Source: Bizionia arctica | GTDB taxonomy: Bacteria; Bacteroidota; Bacteroidia; Flavobacteriales; Flavobacteriaceae | DNA length: 64,000 nucleotides | Assembly: GCF_014638915.1 (NCBI RefSeq) | Contig: NZ_BMFQ01000001.1 | Coordinates: 817,142-881,141, forward strand | Direction of reading: 5' to 3' | In this document: one piece after another, positions 60,629 through 64,000 of the stretch | Position numbering within the stretch: position 1 is the stretch's first letter | How the letters are laid out: each line of letters begins with the position of its first letter | The notes under the pieces: model-generated | Database searches by the model: none | What the model saw: the letters and a program-made list of their open reading frames with translations, nothing else | What the model was told of the DNA's origin: nothing | Position numbers and translations under genes: made by a program

Positions 60629-60732
60629 AGTTCGGGTCTTCAGGGGGTCTCCGCCGGGTCTAGTTCGGGTCTAGTTCGGGTTTACTTCGGCATCGGTCGG
60701 GTGGAGTTCGGGTGAATAAGGAGAGTTCGGGT
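60629..60732. repeat. five copies of AGTTCGGGT within a locally GC-rich segment (starts 60629, 60662, 60673, 60705, 60724)
   Basis: Read directly. Spacings of 33, 11, 32 and 19 bp, the first three close to multiples of 11. Confidence 0.6.
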
Positions 60733-61057
60733 GCAAAAAAAAATACGATAAGAAAAATCTATGGAGACCTATTCCGGTTCATCATGTTTAGAAAAGATTA
60801 ACTGCAAAAAGAAACAACCGCTTTCAAATAAAAAATAGGATGATACCCCTTTCAAGTCATCTTAGAATTTAAAAATATAGGGACATCCCATTTTATTTAT
60901 TTACCTATACCGTTATTTTGGAATAAGGAAGCCATTTATTTCTAATACCTATCGAAACTTCCATCGCCAAACTATATCTAAATACCAATACCAAGAATAA
61001 ATTTTCAATCAATTTAATTAAGGGCAGTTAAAAAATAAACATAATTCCCTACATTAG

Positions 61058-61513
61058 GTGCTAAAAACTAACATGCTTTCAACCCATTTAAAACCACTAG
61101 CCCTTTTTACTCCAGATGTATCAGATCACGGCGGAGCTGTTTTTATCGATACAGGAATTTCTGCAGGTTTCCCTGCGCCAGTTGAAGATTTTCAACAAGA
61201 AACCTTGTCGTTAGATAACATGCTGGTAAAAAATAAGGCGACTACATTTTATGCGCGTGTTAGTGGACAAAGCATGATTGATGCTGGTCTAGATGATAAT
61301 GATCTTTTAGTAATAGACCGAAGCCTGGAACCTTTACACAACAAAATTGCCGTATGTTTTCTAGATGGGGAGTTTACCGTAAAACGCCTACGTGTCGAGA
61401 AGGATGGCGTTTGGCTACAACCTGAAAACATCAATTACAGTCCAATTCAAATTACTGCAGAAAACGATTTCGTTATTTGGGGCATTGTTACCAATGTGAT
61501 TAAAAAAGTATAA
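61058..61513 (+). CDS. umuD: UmuD-like / LexA C-terminal-domain S24 peptidase (no DNA-binding domain)
   Basis: Ser-Lys dyad context (VSGQSMIDAGL…, TVKRLRVE). 151 aa, the size of UmuD. No Y-family polymerase gene follows. Confidence 0.7.
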   Translation: MLKTNMLSTHLKPLALFTPDVSDHGGAVFIDTGISAGFPAPVEDFQQETLSLDNMLVKNKATTFYARVSGQSMIDAGLDDNDLLVIDRSLEPLHNKIAVCFLDGEFTVKRLRVEKDGVWLQPENINYSPIQITAENDFVIWGIVTNVIKKV

Positions 61514-61544
61514 CTTAGAAATATAAAGAAAACAGCTCTCATTT

Positions 61545-63356
61545 ATGGTAGAATTATCCTCCCTAGATATCTCATTAATTGTTATATTTTTTGCAATAAC
61601 CCTATTTATAGGTATTTACGTCTCTAAGCAATCTGGAAAAAGTGCCGCGGAATATTTTCTTTCAGGAAGAAACATGCCTTGGTGGCTTTTAGGTGTTTCT
61701 ATGGTGGCTACTACCTTTTCTACGGATACTCCTAATTTAGTAACTGATATTGTTAGAACCAATGGGGTTTCTGGAAACTGGGTTTGGTGGGCCTTTTTAT
61801 TGACAGGTTTATTAACCGTATTTGTGTATGCTAAGTTATGGCGAAAGTCTGAAGTCACAACAGATATCGAATTTTACGAATTGCGCTACGGCGGAAAACC
61901 AGCACGTTTTTTAAGAGGATTCCGAGCTATTTACTTAGGAATTATTTTCAATATTCTAGCCATGTCTGCTGTTACCTTGGCGGCCATAAAAATTGGTGCC
62001 ATCATGTTAGGCTTACAACCGTGGGAAACTGTTATTTATGCAGGAACCATTACCGTTATATTTAGTGCCTTAGGTGGTTTTAAAGGGGTTGTTTACACCG
62101 ATTTTATATTATTTTTTACAGCTATGGCTGGTGCTTTAGGTGCCGCTTATTATTTGGTAGGTTTGCCAGAAGTGGGTGGTTTGGAAGCCTTATTAAAACA
62201 TGAAAATGTAGTAGATAAATTAAACATCCTTCCAGATTTTAGCGATAAAGAAGCACTTATAACCTTATTAATTATTCCCTTGGCGGTTCAATGGTGGAGT
62301 TCTTGGTATCCAGGAGCGGAACCTGGCGGTGGCGGTTATATTGCACAGCGTATGTTGGCAGCTAAAAATGAGAATCATGCCATTGGAGCAACCTTCTTTT
62401 TTAATATCATGCATTACGCTTTACGTCCTTGGCCATGGATTATAGTAGCTTTAGCTTCTTTAGTTGTGTTTCCAGATGTTGCAAGTATACACGAGGCTTT
62501 TCCGCTTGTTGCCGAAGATAAACTGGGGAACGATTTGGCTTATTCTGCCATGCTAACCAAGCTACCTAGTGGTTTATTAGGTTTGGTATTAGCTTCTTTA
62601 GTTGCGGCTTATATGAGTACCATTTCCACCCATTTAAATTGGGGAGCATCTTATATCGTCAATGACTTTTATAAACAACAAATAAATAAGGATGCTACCG
62701 AAAAACAATTAGTTACCGTAGGAAGAACGGCAACCGTTGTCTTAATGGTGTGTAGTGCCTTATTGGCTTTAGTACTTACTAACGCCTTACAGTTATTCGA
62801 TATTATTTTAATGTTTGGAGCAGGAACAGGATTGATTTTTATTCTACGTTGGTTTTGGTGGCGAATAAACGCATGGAGTGAAATCTCTGCCATGTTTGTT
62901 TCTGGAATCGTTTCCATCTTATTAAACTTTACAGATTTAGGAACCTATTTTTTTGCTGAAGATGGCATGTTCCCTGCTTGGGCAAAGTTCCCTATTATTG
63001 TGTTAGTAACAACCATTGCTTGGGTTGCTGTTACGTTTTTAACGCAAGCAGAAAGTAAAGAGGTCTTACAAAAGTTCTACAAGAAAATCCAACCAGGAGG
63101 TCCAGGCTGGGAGAAAATTGTTTCGGAAGCCAGAGATGAAAACATCGAATTGGTAGATTCTAAAGAGGGCTGGTCTGTGCCTTCTGGTATCTTAGCCATG
63201 TTGGTTGGTTGTGCCTTAATTTATAGCATCATGTTTGCCACAGGATATTATATTTATGGCGATTATAACAATGCTTTAATGCTTACCGGTGCGGCTATTA
63301 TTTTTGCACTGATACTTTTAAAACTCTGGAAGAAGATTAGAGTCACTATTTTATAG
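61545..63356 (+). CDS. sodium:solute symporter family (SSF) transporter (603 aa)
   Basis: N-terminal SSF signature (AEYFLSGRNMPWWLLGVSMVATTFSTDT). 13 or more TM segments. Confidence 0.8.
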   Translation: MVELSSLDISLIVIFFAITLFIGIYVSKQSGKSAAEYFLSGRNMPWWLLGVSMVATTFSTDTPNLVTDIVRTNGVSGNWVWWAFLLTGLLTVFVYAKLWRKSEVTTDIEFYELRYGGKPARFLRGFRAIYLGIIFNILAMSAVTLAAIKIGAIMLGLQPWETVIYAGTITVIFSALGGFKGVVYTDFILFFTAMAGALGAAYYLVGLPEVGGLEALLKHENVVDKLNILPDFSDKEALITLLIIPLAVQWWSSWYPGAEPGGGGYIAQRMLAAKNENHAIGATFFFNIMHYALRPWPWIIVALASLVVFPDVASIHEAFPLVAEDKLGNDLAYSAMLTKLPSGLLGLVLASLVAAYMSTISTHLNWGASYIVNDFYKQQINKDATEKQLVTVGRTATVVLMVCSALLALVLTNALQLFDIILMFGAGTGLIFILRWFWWRINAWSEISAMFVSGIVSILLNFTDLGTYFFAEDGMFPAWAKFPIIVLVTTIAWVAVTFLTQAESKEVLQKFYKKIQPGGPGWEKIVSEARDENIELVDSKEGWSVPSGILAMLVGCALIYSIMFATGYYIYGDYNNALMLTGAAIIFALILLKLWKKIRVTIL

Positions 63357-63456
63357 AATAGAGACTTTAATAATTAGCTAAATAAGGATTTAGTTAAGTG
63401 AATTGTTTTTTGGATGATATAAATTGGATGGAGTAAAACCAAATGGCCTATAAAAA

Positions 63457-63493
63457 AAAGAAACCCTGCAAAATTTGCAGGGTTTCTTTTTTT
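63457..63493. terminator. bidirectional terminator (aaagaaaccctgcaaa atttgcagggtttctttttttt)
   Basis: 14-bp stem flanked by an A-run and a T-run between convergent genes. Confidence 0.65.
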
Positions 63494-63511
63494 TATATGT
63501 TTGGACTCTAT

Positions 63512-63805
63512 TTAATCTGCCAAGATAATTACTTTATTATCTTTCATTTCAAGAGTACCAGATTTTATTTTTAACAAAAGGATTCTATCATCATCCTTGT
63601 GTCTTACTATTTCTGCATGTAATTCATCGAACACCAAATGACTTTGGGTGTGGGTATGAATTTTTATATTTCCTTCTTTTAAAAGGGAAACAATTGGAGC
63701 ATGGTTTCTCAACATTTGAAATTCTCCATTAACTCCAGGAACAGCAACTGAATCTACTTCACCACTAAATAAGGTTGCTTCTGGTGATACAATTTCTAAA
63801 TACAT
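63512..63805 (-). CDS. atpC: F0F1 ATP synthase epsilon subunit
   Basis: LEIVSPEATLFSGEVDSVAVPGVNGEFQMLRNHAPIVSLL matches the epsilon N-terminal beta-sandwich. 97 aa. Confidence 0.8.
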   Translation of the reverse strand: MYLEIVSPEATLFSGEVDSVAVPGVNGEFQMLRNHAPIVSLLKEGNIKIHTHTQSHLVFDELHAEIVRHKDDDRILLLKIKSGTLEMKDNKVIILAD

Positions 63806-63902
63806 AGTTAAACTTGTTTAACTACCCTGAACGTGTTTCAGGGTCTTTTTGTTTTTATTCAAGGTTTATTTAAAAGATGCTGAAACAAGTTCAGCACTTG
63901 AT

Positions 63903-64000
63903 TAAGCTTCAGCAAGCATTTTCTCTCCAGCTTCGATAGCTTCTTCAATAGAACCTTTAAGGTTAAATGCAGCTTCTGGTAAGTGATCTAATTCACCATC
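63903..64000 (-). CDS. atpD: F0F1 ATP synthase beta subunit, 3' end only (truncated by window edge)
   Basis: Reverse complement translates to [32 protein letters not shown], the conserved AtpD C-terminus. Confidence 0.7.

Noticed and set aside
60629-60732. GC-rich AGTTCGGGT repeats as a tRNA or tmRNA fragment
   Set aside because: No cloverleaf can be folded. No GTTCGAATC-type T-arm or CCA context. Treated instead as a repeat array (see findings).

Overview
AT-rich (~33-35% GC) chromosomal window that looks like a Flavobacteriia (Bacteroidota) genome. Supporting signs are type IX secretion (T9SS) C-terminal sorting domains, TonB-dependent receptors, recurring TAnnTTTG promoter -7 boxes and many hairpin terminators. 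The window is gene dense, with about 50 CDS and no rRNA, tRNA or CRISPR array detected. Main contents, start to end:

- **1-4616:** a tightly packed SulP anion transporter and beta-carbonic anhydrase module present twice in mirrored gene order.
- **4678-13228:** a TonB-dependent receptor with a HmuY-like lipoprotein, followed by an iron/heme-type cluster (secreted ankyrin-repeat protein, small DUF2271-like protein, PepSY-TM/flavodoxin/FNR fusion reductase).
- **13225-22354:** cvpA, pheS, and an RND efflux operon (adaptor, pump, outer membrane factor) flanked by two different regulators.
- **23023-40870:** gpsA, a BON-LysM protein, an M61 aminopeptidase, a DUF2007 plus alpha/beta-hydrolase pair, an NfeD-flotillin pair, nadD, gmk, yicC, a thioesterase, a cystathionine gamma-synthase-like enzyme and gdhA.
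- **40988-46488:** a Reg_prop beta-propeller T9SS-cargo protein (PorZ-like) translationally coupled to recO and a TonB-dependent receptor.
- **47148-59650:** two tandem giant T9SS cargo/adhesin paralogs of 2138 and 1959 aa.
- **59855-64000:** recX, an orphan umuD-like S24 peptidase, a sodium:solute symporter, atpC and the 3' end of atpD.

Three non-coding loci stand out:

1. A 732-bp ORF-free island (60326-61057) with two arrays of direct repeats in 11-bp phase, just upstream of the umuD-like gene.
2. A ~615-bp tandem direct repeat (46562-47175) that duplicates the 3' end and downstream region of one giant T9SS gene.
3. A perfect 26-bp palindrome (34916-34941) in the yicC/thioesterase divergent promoter region.

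I could not find a clear defence-system or novel multi-gene system. The findings below are the loci that most merit a second look.
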